The notes under the pieces were generated by a model, which saw only the letters and a program-made list of their open reading frames with translations, had not been told where the DNA came from and did no database searches. 64,000 nucleotides of DNA from Candidatus Heimdallarchaeota archaeon (GTDB lineage Archaea; Asgardarchaeota; Heimdallarchaeia; Heimdallarchaeales; Heimdallarchaeaceae): contig JAUVXV010000010.1 of the NCBI GenBank assembly GCA_030603365.1, positions 32,001-96,000 of the forward strand. The letters are read 5' to 3'. The translations under genes and the position numbers were made by a program. Of this stretch, positions 49,885-59,984 are shown piece by piece (within the stretch, counting starts at the first letter, position 1; every line of letters starts with the position of its first letter).

Positions 49885-50946
49885 ATGATGGAATACAATC
49901 AACCAGTAAGTTTTTCTGTAACAAAAAGAAACATAGCAGTATTAGATTTTGGGGTTACATCTCTCAAAATAGTCATTTTAGACCCAGTCCACCCAGAAGA
50001 GCCTTTACATTTCCAACGTATTTATCTTCCCTTGAGAACTAAAAAAGAGGAAGTTGAAAGTGTCCTCAAAACTCTTCTACGTTCTTATTCTGATTATCAT
50101 ATTCGCAAATTCATAATTACTACTACAAGTCCTCTATTTGCTTCTGCTCAGGAAACAGTTGAATATATTATTATGTCAGTGACTAAATTTATCCATCCAA
50201 CAAACATCACATTATACACTCATGATGAGAAGTTTGTTTCAATAAATGAAGCATTAGTCGATCCAACCAAGGTTGTTTCGGTAGGCTGGAAGGCGCTAGG
50301 AAAAGGATTATGGCATATGGTGAAAAAAGACGGATTAGTAGTTGATTTCTCTACCAGAACCACTAGCTTTATTCCTGTGAAAGATGGAAAAATTCTCTCT
50401 GAATCTCAGTCTGACTTCGAAAGGATGAAAAGAGATGAGTTGATTTTCTTTGGTTTCTTGGAAACAAATGTGGCATTCATACAACCAAGATTCGAGTTTA
50501 ATGGAGAAACATACAATCTTCCATTTGAACCTCATGTAATAATGGCAGATATATTTCTTATCACAGGCGATTTGAAATCTAATGATTATGTAACTGATAC
50601 TCCTGATAAAAAAGCAAAGTTTAGAGAAGATGCCTTAGATAGGTTGAAAAGAATGTTGTGCATAATAGACGATCATTTCAGTGAGAATGATTTAGTCAAA
50701 GTTGCACACATATTAAAAGTTCGAATGTTAGAGAAGATTAATCAGATAATTAATAAGAAATTACAAGAACATAATCTTTCAAGGATTTTGATAACAGGTA
50801 TTGGGTCAAATCTCCTCTATCAGTATCTCTATGAGAAAAATGAATCAAGAGATATCATTAAAGTATCCGATATATTAAAAACTGCAGAGATTAATCCTTC
50901 TTACAGTTTAGCTTTCATATACGCAACAAAAAAAGATGATGAATAA
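49885..50946 (+). CDS. hydantoinase/oxoprolinase (MfnF-like) family protein, degenerate motifs
   Basis: LDFG..SLK, VVDFSTRTT, TPD....RE.A..RL.RMLC, TGIG. Confidence 0.65.
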   Translation: MMEYNQPVSFSVTKRNIAVLDFGVTSLKIVILDPVHPEEPLHFQRIYLPLRTKKEEVESVLKTLLRSYSDYHIRKFIITTTSPLFASAQETVEYIIMSVTKFIHPTNITLYTHDEKFVSINEALVDPTKVVSVGWKALGKGLWHMVKKDGLVVDFSTRTTSFIPVKDGKILSESQSDFERMKRDELIFFGFLETNVAFIQPRFEFNGETYNLPFEPHVIMADIFLITGDLKSNDYVTDTPDKKAKFREDALDRLKRMLCIIDDHFSENDLVKVAHILKVRMLEKINQIINKKLQEHNLSRILITGIGSNLLYQYLYEKNESRDIIKVSDILKTAEINPSYSLAFIYATKKDDE

Positions 50947-52184
50947 TGGCTGAGAGAGCTGATTTGAGGAATAGAATCAATGTGATGTTATTTCACTTTG
51001 ATCAAAGATTAGGTCCAAGGTTACTGTTCAATGTTGCTGAGATTCAAGATACAAGAATAACAGCATCATTAACTCGACTAATGGATTTTAATTTCCTTGA
51101 AGAAATGAAAGCTATAGTTAATGCCATGGCCAATGTTGTATATTCAAGCATGTTCTTCTCCATTCCAAATCCTACAGCAAGAGGTGGAGTAGAGCAATTC
51201 ATGCTTTCTTTTATAATTTTTGATCCTACAATAACCGAATATCTAACAATCTCTTCTTTAGAAGAAGAAATGTCAAAGATAATAAGCAATCTAATTCTTC
51301 TCTCTGAAATGTTCATCATTATAACCTACAGTAATCCAGTGCTTGAGGATTTTCCCGAGGTAGAAAATACACTAAAATCATTGAGAGATAATGCAATTAA
51401 TGTTTTCCAAGACATCTTTTATGGGCAATTTGAGGGAACCAAGGATGCTATATCACAAATATTAGGTAAAATTGGTTTCGAAGCAGGTAAACAAATTGTA
51501 CAAGAACTGCGGATAGATGATGAAGGTTCAGTGAAATCTTATACTGAGGCCCTAGTTAATTCACCAATTCTTACAAGATGGGGAAATATTAACATTCTTC
51601 ATTTTGACCCGGGAGAAAAAGTAGCTACAATATCTTTAGATAGATCTATTTGGACAGAATCTCTTGGAGTAATTGCAACAAAAACCTGTGCATTCATTGA
51701 AGGAATGTTAGAAGCTATTTTCAGTAAAATTTTAGATGAACCAATCATCTGTGATGAGATGAGATGTGCCTCTGAGTATAGTTACGTTAAAGATTGTATA
51801 TTTCAGATAGCTCCAGGAGGAGGAAGTAGGGAGATAATAGCTTATAGAGAAGATCAAACTATCAAAGAGATGGGAGTGCAAGAAAGAGAAAAAACTATGG
51901 AGTTAATCACTTCGGCTATTGGAGAACAATTCTACTATGAACTAGATCCCATGATAAGATTAATCCAATTGTTTAACAAAGCACCATTCATTTCTGACCA
52001 TTTTATCCAAGAGTCAGAGGAAGAAGTAAAATTTCTAGTAGTTTGTAATTACTGGAGATATCCTAATGAAATAATGTGTAACAGCTGTGAAAAGTGGATA
52101 AGAAATTCAAGCAAATTTCCTGTTAAACTAGTTAAGAGTAAACATCGTATTTGTGAAATAACATATGAAACAGAGAGTCAATAG
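50946..52184 (+). CDS. longin/uDENN-like + V4R domain protein
   Basis: N-terminal FHFDQRLGP...RGG; central TCAFIEGMLEAIFS...E.RC...C.F (V4R). Confidence 0.7.
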   Translation: MAERADLRNRINVMLFHFDQRLGPRLLFNVAEIQDTRITASLTRLMDFNFLEEMKAIVNAMANVVYSSMFFSIPNPTARGGVEQFMLSFIIFDPTITEYLTISSLEEEMSKIISNLILLSEMFIIITYSNPVLEDFPEVENTLKSLRDNAINVFQDIFYGQFEGTKDAISQILGKIGFEAGKQIVQELRIDDEGSVKSYTEALVNSPILTRWGNINILHFDPGEKVATISLDRSIWTESLGVIATKTCAFIEGMLEAIFSKILDEPIICDEMRCASEYSYVKDCIFQIAPGGGSREIIAYREDQTIKEMGVQEREKTMELITSAIGEQFYYELDPMIRLIQLFNKAPFISDHFIQESEEEVKFLVVCNYWRYPNEIMCNSCEKWIRNSSKFPVKLVKSKHRICEITYETESQ

Positions 52185-52191
52185 AGACTCT

Positions 52192-52458
52192 TCAAGTATC
52201 AAAGAAATTCTTTAGTTTGGTTTGAACTATTTTAGTTTCAACCTTTTTCCAAATTGTTTTACCTGATATGTATTGACTAACCCACCGGCTCTTAAGTCTA
52301 AGATTTTTACCTACGGCAATTTTAGGAATCCAAACTGGTTCGATTGTTAATCCATCAATTACTCCATAATAGGATTTGATAGAATCTACAAAGAGAAAAT
52401 CTATCTTATATTCAGACAATGCTTCTTCTCTAGATTTAGTAATAACTTGTCCCATCAT
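52192..52458 (-). CDS. small WxPK-motif protein with canonical PIP box
   Basis: SEYKID...EPVWIPK...W; ends QTKLKNFF. Confidence 0.75.
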   Translation of the reverse strand: MMGQVITKSREEALSEYKIDFLFVDSIKSYYGVIDGLTIEPVWIPKIAVGKNLRLKSRWVSQYISGKTIWKKVETKIVQTKLKNFFDT

Positions 52459-52976
52459 AGTTTCTCCAACAATCTTGTAGCATAGTCAACAATGAGAAGT
52501 TCATCACAAGTGTATGATTGAATGAAATTTTCCGCTCTCTTCAACCAAAGTTTGAGGATTTCTTTATCTGGATAATCCATTGTAACTAAGGTAAAGAGAA
52601 CTTTGGAAGGGAGACGAGGAGCAAGGTCAGGATTGGAATTTGTTTCCCAAGCGAGAGAATAGTAGCCTATAGCTATTTCCAATTCATCCCGTATTGTATG
52701 AAGGTTCCCTAAATAGAAATAAGTTAAATTAGAGGAAAGATCGGATAAAGAAAGTTCTTGGAAGAATCGTATTGCAGAATCAACTTCTCCTTGTTGAATT
52801 AAACTAAGACCTAGAGTTAAAAGCAGGTTATATTCAAAATCAAATAGAGCATCGATTGCAGTTTGTTCTTTTTCTTCTGATTCTAAACTTAGCATGATTA
52901 CTTTCATTAAAGAGTCTAGAAAAATAGTATAAAAACCTAACAAAAAATCTCTCAAGATAAACAGAAGAAAACTCAT
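52455..52976 (-). CDS. TPR-like protein
   Basis: LGLSLIQQGEVDSAI / YFYLGNLH..AIGYY; the true start may be internal. Confidence 0.65.
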   Translation of the reverse strand: MSFLLFILRDFLLGFYTIFLDSLMKVIMLSLESEEKEQTAIDALFDFEYNLLLTLGLSLIQQGEVDSAIRFFQELSLSDLSSNLTYFYLGNLHTIRDELEIAIGYYSLAWETNSNPDLAPRLPSKVLFTLVTMDYPDKEILKLWLKRAENFIQSYTCDELLIVDYATRLLEKL

Positions 52977-53002
52977 CTAATTTCTGTTTATTACTCGTAG
53001 AA

Positions 53003-54100
53003 TTAGAATTTTTTCAAAAACTTCTGTAACTCTTCTTTAGTAAACTCAAAAACTACTTCTGAATTCCATTTCTTGTATCCTAAAATCTCATTTATTTTAT
53101 GCATATGGATGTTAGCTGAAGAACTACCTGTTGACCATGTTCTTACTTGTGTGGTTTTTAACATTCTCTCCAGCATTTGGTACTTTAAAGCTAATCCGAG
53201 ACCATTTCCTCTATGTTCATGTAGAACACCTGTTTCCCACTGCCATGCAACCTGTGGTTGATAATCACTGATTACTGAAACAGTAATGCCAACTGGGTTT
53301 TTTGTTTTTCTTTCAATAGCGACGAAAGACAGAAAAGTTTCCCATCTCTGAAGATTATTATCACATTGCTCATCATAACGCTCTGTAGTTAGTTTTGTAT
53401 TTTCTTCTGAAAGCTTCTCTCTTGGCATGTCATTCCAAACACATTCTATTAAATTGACGAACTTTGGATAGTCTTCTATATTTTCTTTGTAATTCAGATT
53501 ATCAACAATTATTAGATCATAACCTTTCTGAAGTACTTTCTCTTTTTGTTTTTGAGCTTCTAAAGAAATCTCATCTAAATTATGCTCATCAAGATTCGCA
53601 ATGTAAAAAAACTCTTCATAAGCTCGTTCATCCTTAATTTTATCATAAAAGTGCTCTTCTTTTGATTCACTCAAGTACCAAGCATACATTGTTTTGATCT
53701 GCTCTGGAATACTATTCACTATCTCTCTAAACATAATCATTCTGTTATTCTCTTTTTCCTTATTGTCCTGTAAGTGAATAAAATGCCAAGCTTGTTCTAA
53801 ATTGTCATATTTTGTATTCCAGCCTAACCAAGCATAACTCATAACTTCATCATTCTCATTTACTCCTACAAATTGGAGGCTTTTTACCCAAGATAACTCA
53901 GGAACCTTCCAGTTTTTTCTATAGAAATTTAAGTGAGGAGGATCAGCAGGAAGGTATTCTCTTTGAGATTTCTGCATTAATTCGAATATACTCTCAAGAT
54001 ATTTTTCGGGAATGTCTTCCTTCATCCCTGAGATGATGTTCTGAATTCTCATTTTGTCACACTCCAAAGAAATCGTTAAAAATCTGTTGAATTGAAACAA
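53003..54100 (-). CDS. GNAT-family N-acetyltransferase (tandem)
   Basis: TGVLHEHRGNGLG..LK, N..M..IN..LGY. Confidence 0.85.
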   Translation of the reverse strand: MFQFNRFLTISLECDKMRIQNIISGMKEDIPEKYLESIFELMQKSQREYLPADPPHLNFYRKNWKVPELSWVKSLQFVGVNENDEVMSYAWLGWNTKYDNLEQAWHFIHLQDNKEKENNRMIMFREIVNSIPEQIKTMYAWYLSESKEEHFYDKIKDERAYEEFFYIANLDEHNLDEISLEAQKQKEKVLQKGYDLIIVDNLNYKENIEDYPKFVNLIECVWNDMPREKLSEENTKLTTERYDEQCDNNLQRWETFLSFVAIERKTKNPVGITVSVISDYQPQVAWQWETGVLHEHRGNGLGLALKYQMLERMLKTTQVRTWSTGSSSANIHMHKINEILGYKKWNSEVVFEFTKEELQKFLKKF

Positions 54101-54141
54101 TTTCAGATAATACTTAAAATAGCTAGAACGAATAATTAATT

Positions 54142-55686
54142 ATGAGAAATCATCTTTCTATCATTTGCTTTATCCTTGTAATTTTAGCTCCATTTACTGG
54201 AACTGGATCAACTTTACAGCAAGCTAGTCCTACAATTGTCGATTATATCTATTGTAATAGTAATATTATAACAATTGATGATTCCAGCTCATTGTTTGAA
54301 GCTATTGCAATTAAAGATGGCATTATAGTTGCCTTAGGTAGTAACGAAGAAATTCTATCAAATTATGAAGCAGAAAATAATCAATGCTATAATCTGGAAG
54401 GACGAACCATTATGCCTGGAATAATCGATGGTCATACACACTATATGGCATCATTATTTTGGATTGGAGAAACAGAAACAATCTATGAATCTCAAATTTT
54501 AGCTTTAGCTAATGGCTATACAACCTTAAATGAAAAAAGTATAGACATGGGTGAATTTCAATGGTTACAGGAAGCAGAACAAAGTAATACGCTTCGTCTT
54601 CGAGTAAACGCTTTTCTTATTTACAATTATGCTTGGCTTGAAAATAATGAATCTGTATTAGTTGAACACTGGAATCCAGATTTAGAACCTCTACTAAATC
54701 ATGACCGCAAGTTTCGTGTTCCTGGATTCAAAATCTATTTAGATGGAGCTTACGGACACCGAGGTTTTCCAGCAATGAGTGACCCTTATACACAGGAAAT
54801 GATAGATTTATGGGGGATTATCAATCCTTATGGAGATCTTTATTTTAATCAATCAGAATTAAATTCAGTAGTAGATTCTTTTCATGATAGAGGTTTTAGT
54901 GTAGCTGTTCACGCAATGGGTGATAGAGCAACTGAAACAATCCTAAATTCTATAGAATATGCTTTGAATGGGACAGATAATGATAATGCACGACATCAGA
55001 TTGAGCATAACAGCTTCATTAGAGAAGATCAAATCGCTAAAGCTTTATCACTTAATACTATTCATTCTGTTAGAGGCTACTTCCCAACTTATTGGCAGCA
55101 AGAATATGCTGATCTTTACAGTTCCATATGGATGGAAAGGACAGTAAACAGATACTCTCTGCCTGGAGAAGGACTTCATTCTTATCTAGAAACTGATTTT
55201 GGTTTTCTTCATGGTTATGATGAAGATAATTGGAGTAAATCAGCTAATATCAGACCTTTCCTACACTTATGGGGTTTGGTTACTAGAAAAGCAATTGATA
55301 TTAATGGTACAATCCATGAACCTGATCCTTGGGTTGCAGAACATGAAATTACAGTTGAACAAGCACTAAGAATGATGACCATAGAAGGAGCGTATGCAGT
55401 AAAACAAGAGGACTATATTGGTTCTTTGGAAGTTGGTAAATATGCAGATATAATAATTTTAACAGCTGATCCTCTAACAATTGATCCTGATGAGCTAAAA
55501 GATATTGAAGTTATGCTTACAATGGTAGAAGGAAAAATAGAATTCCAAATGGCAAGTCACTCATTCCCAATAACATGTGAGCTTTCAACACCAGGGACAG
55601 ATACAACACCATGGACCATTCTCTTATCAATAACTGGAATATGTGTCATTGTTCTAATAACCACAAAAAAGATAAGAATAAAATAA
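54142..55686 (+). CDS. secreted amidohydrolase-3 (YtcJ-like) with C-terminal TM
   Basis: MPGIIDGHTH, KIYLDG, HAMGD, IEH, GSLEVGKYAD. Confidence 0.85.
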   Translation: MRNHLSIICFILVILAPFTGTGSTLQQASPTIVDYIYCNSNIITIDDSSSLFEAIAIKDGIIVALGSNEEILSNYEAENNQCYNLEGRTIMPGIIDGHTHYMASLFWIGETETIYESQILALANGYTTLNEKSIDMGEFQWLQEAEQSNTLRLRVNAFLIYNYAWLENNESVLVEHWNPDLEPLLNHDRKFRVPGFKIYLDGAYGHRGFPAMSDPYTQEMIDLWGIINPYGDLYFNQSELNSVVDSFHDRGFSVAVHAMGDRATETILNSIEYALNGTDNDNARHQIEHNSFIREDQIAKALSLNTIHSVRGYFPTYWQQEYADLYSSIWMERTVNRYSLPGEGLHSYLETDFGFLHGYDEDNWSKSANIRPFLHLWGLVTRKAIDINGTIHEPDPWVAEHEITVEQALRMMTIEGAYAVKQEDYIGSLEVGKYADIIILTADPLTIDPDELKDIEVMLTMVEGKIEFQMASHSFPITCELSTPGTDTTPWTILLSITGICVIVLITTKKIRIK

Positions 55687-55703
55687 AATGAAATGAAATA
55701 GGA

Positions 55704-55825
55704 TTAATTTAATCCTATAATGTCCCCATCTTCACTGTAGTCCATTCTATTAGCAGTTGGATTGAAGGGAATTAAGGGATTAAAACAAACTACAGTATAC
55801 AGGAAAAAAGTACGAGCTCCAATGG
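55704..55825 (-). pseudogene. second, more decayed orphan 3' tail of fhs
   Basis: ...PTANRMDYSEDGDIIGLN*; weak similarity continues to acgagctcc (GAR codons). Confidence 0.8.
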
Positions 55826-55902
55826 TAGTCTCTTTCTTCTTTAGAATCTATAGGAGATTTATGAAAGACAACTATAAATAATACAAATGATATAATTTAG
55901 GT

Positions 55903-56274
55903 ATGTCTGAAGAGGAGATTAAAGAACTGGAAGAGTTCCTTTTACCATATGTTAATGACAGACTTGACAAGTGGTACATAGCTACTAAAATTGGAGAGTG
56001 TTTTATGTGGGTTGCTAGAGCCTTGATTAGATGTCTTCTAAATGTTACCGAGAAGATTCATTTGCATGAAATAACGTCGATTTCACTTTCTGAAGTTTAT
56101 TTTATAGAAAAAATTAATATATTTCAGAATAAGGATGGTGCTATTTCCAGCTTTATGGAAATGGACCCACATAAAATTTCAGGAGAAATACACCAATGGA
56201 TTATTCATCTTCAGGAAAATGGAAAACTCTCCGGAATATACGAAAGGCATACTGGATTTTATCGAAATAAATAG
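55903..56274 (+). CDS. hypothetical protein, possibly frameshifted/pseudogene
   Basis: 123-aa ORF with an overlapping downstream frame (56135-56347). Confidence 0.45.
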   Translation: MSEEEIKELEEFLLPYVNDRLDKWYIATKIGECFMWVARALIRCLLNVTEKIHLHEITSISLSEVYFIEKINIFQNKDGAISSFMEMDPHKISGEIHQWIIHLQENGKLSGIYERHTGFYRNK

Positions 56275-56468
56275 TTATGATAACTTTTGGGACATATATC
56301 AACTAAACCGCATCATGTTCATGAAAGAGGGAAAAAAGATGCAGTAGAAAGCGAGATGACAGGAAACTCTGATAACGACATACCTCTACTAATTGAAGTT
56401 TTGAAGATATTTCTAGTGTAAAAATGAGCATATTCTGTATGAAGAATTATGACATAGTAAAAGTTTGT

Positions 56469-56518
56469 TAAAAAAAAAGGGGTTTGCTCCAACTTCTGTT
56501 GGATTAGAACAGAGTGGA
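56469..56518 (-). terminator. hairpin + T-tract after gene 56543-57100
   Basis: Minus strand: CTCCACTCTGTT..AACAGAAGTTGGAG followed by CCCC and a T run. Confidence 0.55.
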
Positions 56519-56542
56519 GTGTGTTTCAAAGGTTATTTATGC

Positions 56543-57100
56543 TTAATAAGGCATAAAATAATTGTTCATAAAGGCTAAGTCTACTCCAGGAGTTACATAG
56601 TGTGCCATTCCTGGCATTGGTCCACCGTCGAAGTTGAAGGCTGTTCTGGCTGTATGTTTGAGCCAAATAACTTTATCAGGATGTTCAGCTCCACCATCAA
56701 CTGCTCTCATTTCATGTCTATGAACATATCCCATACTGGCATATGCTTCAGCCTTTTCTGGACTCCATGTATCGATAATACCATGTACTATGAAAAGGAG
56801 TTCACCATCAGCTGCGTCAGAAGACCACCATTGTGCCATTCCAAAAGGACCAGTGTTATAGTGTTTTCCAACGAACTGATTAGGTCCAGCTTGTACCCAG
56901 TAATGACCAGGAACATCGAATTCTCCATTAGGACCATCAGGCGCACCTGCCATGTAATAATCTATTCCATCAACATTGAAAACGATCCCATGTACAAAAC
57001 CTTTAGCGTTTGCTGAGGTTGTTTCTGCAGATGCTAGTGCTGTTAAAGCAAAAATCGAAAGCATAAACAAACTCAGACCGATTGTTTTTGATTTATTCAT
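56543..57100 (-). CDS. secreted Gly/His-rich hypothetical protein (cargo)
   Basis: Signal peptide; PGHYW, HYNTGP, HRHE, WLKH His-rich motifs. Confidence 0.75.
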   Translation of the reverse strand: MNKSKTIGLSLFMLSIFALTALASAETTSANAKGFVHGIVFNVDGIDYYMAGAPDGPNGEFDVPGHYWVQAGPNQFVGKHYNTGPFGMAQWWSSDAADGELLFIVHGIIDTWSPEKAEAYASMGYVHRHEMRAVDGGAEHPDKVIWLKHTARTAFNFDGGPMPGMAHYVTPGVDLAFMNNYFMPY

Positions 57101-57274
57101 AATTCATCAAACCGTTAAGTGTTACCAATATAATGGTAACATTACTTATAATTAAGTATCCAACTATAAATATATGTGGTTTAAACAAAAATAAACATAT
57201 GATCAAAAAAACCAACTGCAAAAAAGATTATTGTAAGTTTAAATGTGTCAGTATAGATTGAAAATTCACTATAG

Positions 57275-57538
57275 TTGATTTATTTAACGCTAGGGGAACC
57301 AAAATATACGATGGGGGGGAAATATTTGCTGTTAGTACAATTCAAATTAATACGACATTTATTTTACCATTTGATTTCGATGGTGTATATGAAAAAAATC
57401 GGAAGTGATTATGTTGGTTATTATCATTATACGCTTAAAGTAACTGGAACAACTGAACCTACAGATTTTGGTTTCACAATAATAGGAGTAGTGATAGTCG
57501 TTATCTGGATTACTAAACATAGAAAAAAGAAAATATAA
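57275..57538 (+). pseudogene. C-terminal remnant of TM-anchored surface protein
   Basis: ...TGTTEPTDFGFTIIGVVIVVIWITKHRKKKI* tail with no credible start. Confidence 0.5.
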
Positions 57539-57561
57539 GAATGAATAAAAGTAGGGCTAGT

Positions 57562-57873
57562 TTAGTTTAACCCTATAATGTTTCTATCTTCAGTATAGTC
57601 CATTCTGTTAGCTGCTGGAACTGGAGGTAGTCCAGGCAGTAAGAACATGCTACCACAAATGGGAACGATAAAACGAGCACCAGTGTATAATCTGACCTCG
57701 TCAACATTAAGGGTCCAACCCTTGGGTGCACCCATGAGACCAATCTTGTCTGAAAGGTTGAGTTGAGTCTTAGCCATACAGAGAGGGAAGTCAGCAAAAC
57801 CAAGCTTTTCGATGTAAGCAATATCTTGGAGAGCTTGAGGTGAGCATTCTACGCCTTCAACACCATAGATTTT
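57562..57873 (-). pseudogene. orphan 3' tail (~103 codons) of fhs
   Basis: Colinear with 59985-60296 without indels; 7 amino-acid differences and many synonymous changes. Confidence 0.95.
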
Positions 57874-57897
57874 TATTCGAAAAGGAGAAAGAAGCTT

Positions 57898-59976
57898 ATG
57901 AGAGGAACAACTAGAGCAATAATCATGTTATTGATAGGGACCTCTTTGTTCAGTCCTTTGCTGATCGAATCAGATAATCAAAAAGATTTGAATTCATCTC
58001 CTTCTTCTCCTTTTCTTTTTTCTTATTCTAGTGCAATAAATATCGATAATGATTCTGCTTTTATTACATATGGATTTCCAGGAAATGGAACTTTTAGTAA
58101 TCCATTTAGAATTGAAAATCTGGAAATAATCTCAAACGAAACTTACTCGATTCGAATTCAAAATACTAATAGTTTCTTTATCATCACCAACTGTAAACTC
58201 AATTCAACATATAATGGTATTAATTTGAAAAATCTTGCAAACAACACAGCAATTGTAGAAAACAATGTTTTTTCAAATTTTGATCAAGGAATTGGATTAT
58301 ATATAGAAAACTCTTCTTTTACCAAAATTATAGATAATCATTTCTCATACTCAAAGACAGCAATTATGACAAGACTAGATACAGATAATTGTACTATAAT
58401 CAATAACTCCTTTGAGTATATATCAAGTGAATGCTTCTCGATACAAGAATCGGATAATTGTGTAATCATTAGTAATGAATGTTTAATTTCTAGTACCTTT
58501 CTGTACGCCTATTTTTGTGATTATTTGACAGTTGTTAATAATTTCTGTGATGATACGCGACAATTCACTCATGTAAGTCACTCTCAAAATTGTAATATTT
58601 CTAGTAATACATGTTCAAATATTACTGAAAATGGGATATATATTGGAGATACTGATTCATGCGATGTTTTATTCAATGAAATTAATGGAGGTTCAGCTGG
58701 TCTCAGAATTGTATCTTCATCAAATGTAAATATTTGTTGTAATACAATTGAATACTGTAATATTGGATTGGGTTTACGAAAATCCAGAGAATGCTATATT
58801 AAAAAGAATAATTTTACTAAATGCGGCATTTCTATCGATGAAGTAGAAGAACCAGATATTGATACATGGATGTTAGAAGACAATCTAGTTAATGGTAAGT
58901 TACTCGGTTTTTATCGGCACAAAGGAACTAATTTCTTAATTGAAGAAGAATATGGACAACTAATCCTAGTGGATTGTTTCCAAGTGACAGTTAGAAATAT
59001 AAAAATTGAAAACACTAGTATGGGGATAGGTTTATTTTATTGTGATTATTCAATTGTTGAAAACTGCACAATAAGTAATACAGTACAGAATTTTGTCCTC
59101 TATGAATCCTATTCATGTAATATTACAACTAGTTACAGTTTTGCCTCTACTTACGGTCTAGTAGTCTCTCGTTCAGAAAATTGTTATGTTCTAGAAACAG
59201 AAATTTACAACAATGATTATGGGATCCAAATTAGTCTATCAGAATATTGTTACATTAATAAGAATAATATCTTAGCAAATAATCACTATGGAATTGAACT
59301 CCATTTCTCTGATTACTGTGAGATAACAGAAAATACAATCAAAGAGAACATAAAAGGCATTTACCTAAACTTTGTGAGTACAATATTAATTGGAAGTAAT
59401 TACATATCACAAAATTATCCAAATCCCGTTTACAATAATAATTCCGCAGGAATTTATTCAACTGCAGCACTTTGGGTCTCAATTAAACACAATTCTTTTA
59501 CAGATAATGAAAAAGGAATATTGTTGTTGTTTAGTCATTATTTTATGATTTCAGATAATTGTTTTAGGAATAATAACTATGGTATTGTAGGGAAAGAAAT
59601 TTTGGAAAGTGAAATCAAATACAATTGGTTTGAAGAAAACAGCTTTTACGCCATTACTTTAAGTTCTATCTCTACAGGAAACATAATACATCATAATGCA
59701 TTCATAAATAATAATAATGGTAATGTTCAAGTTTTGGATGATGGATTTAATAACACTTGGTATAAAGTGGAAACAGAAGAAGGAAACTATTGGAGTGATT
59801 ATCAAAAAACAGGAAATTATAGTATAGATGGAATGGCAAATTCGTATGATCTCTATCCATTAATGGTAAATCCTTTAAGAAAGAGTTACTCGAGTTATTA
59901 TGCGTTTTTTTCAATGATAATTTTGATTCCAGTAAGTGTTATAGCTTTGAAAAAATATAGAAAAAGAAAAGAGTAA
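57898..59976 (+). CDS. NosD/beta-helix surface protein with C-terminal TM (cargo)
   Basis: Signal peptide, PGNGTFSNPF, NLVNGK.LGF, GNYWSDY..DLYPL, TM + KKYRKRKE. Confidence 0.88.
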   Translation: MRGTTRAIIMLLIGTSLFSPLLIESDNQKDLNSSPSSPFLFSYSSAINIDNDSAFITYGFPGNGTFSNPFRIENLEIISNETYSIRIQNTNSFFIITNCKLNSTYNGINLKNLANNTAIVENNVFSNFDQGIGLYIENSSFTKIIDNHFSYSKTAIMTRLDTDNCTIINNSFEYISSECFSIQESDNCVIISNECLISSTFLYAYFCDYLTVVNNFCDDTRQFTHVSHSQNCNISSNTCSNITENGIYIGDTDSCDVLFNEINGGSAGLRIVSSSNVNICCNTIEYCNIGLGLRKSRECYIKKNNFTKCGISIDEVEEPDIDTWMLEDNLVNGKLLGFYRHKGTNFLIEEEYGQLILVDCFQVTVRNIKIENTSMGIGLFYCDYSIVENCTISNTVQNFVLYESYSCNITTSYSFASTYGLVVSRSENCYVLETEIYNNDYGIQISLSEYCYINKNNILANNHYGIELHFSDYCEITENTIKENIKGIYLNFVSTILIGSNYISQNYPNPVYNNNSAGIYSTAALWVSIKHNSFTDNEKGILLLFSHYFMISDNCFRNNNYGIVGKEILESEIKYNWFEENSFYAITLSSISTGNIIHHNAFINNNNGNVQVLDDGFNNTWYKVETEEGNYWSDYQKTGNYSIDGMANSYDLYPLMVNPLRKSYSSYYAFFSMIILIPVSVIALKKYRKRKE

Positions 59977-59984
59977 AAGTAGGG

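Noticed and set aside
56469-56518. Hairpin as SECIS element
   Set aside because: The upstream gene has no in-frame TGA, and the hairpin plus T-tract fits a terminator.
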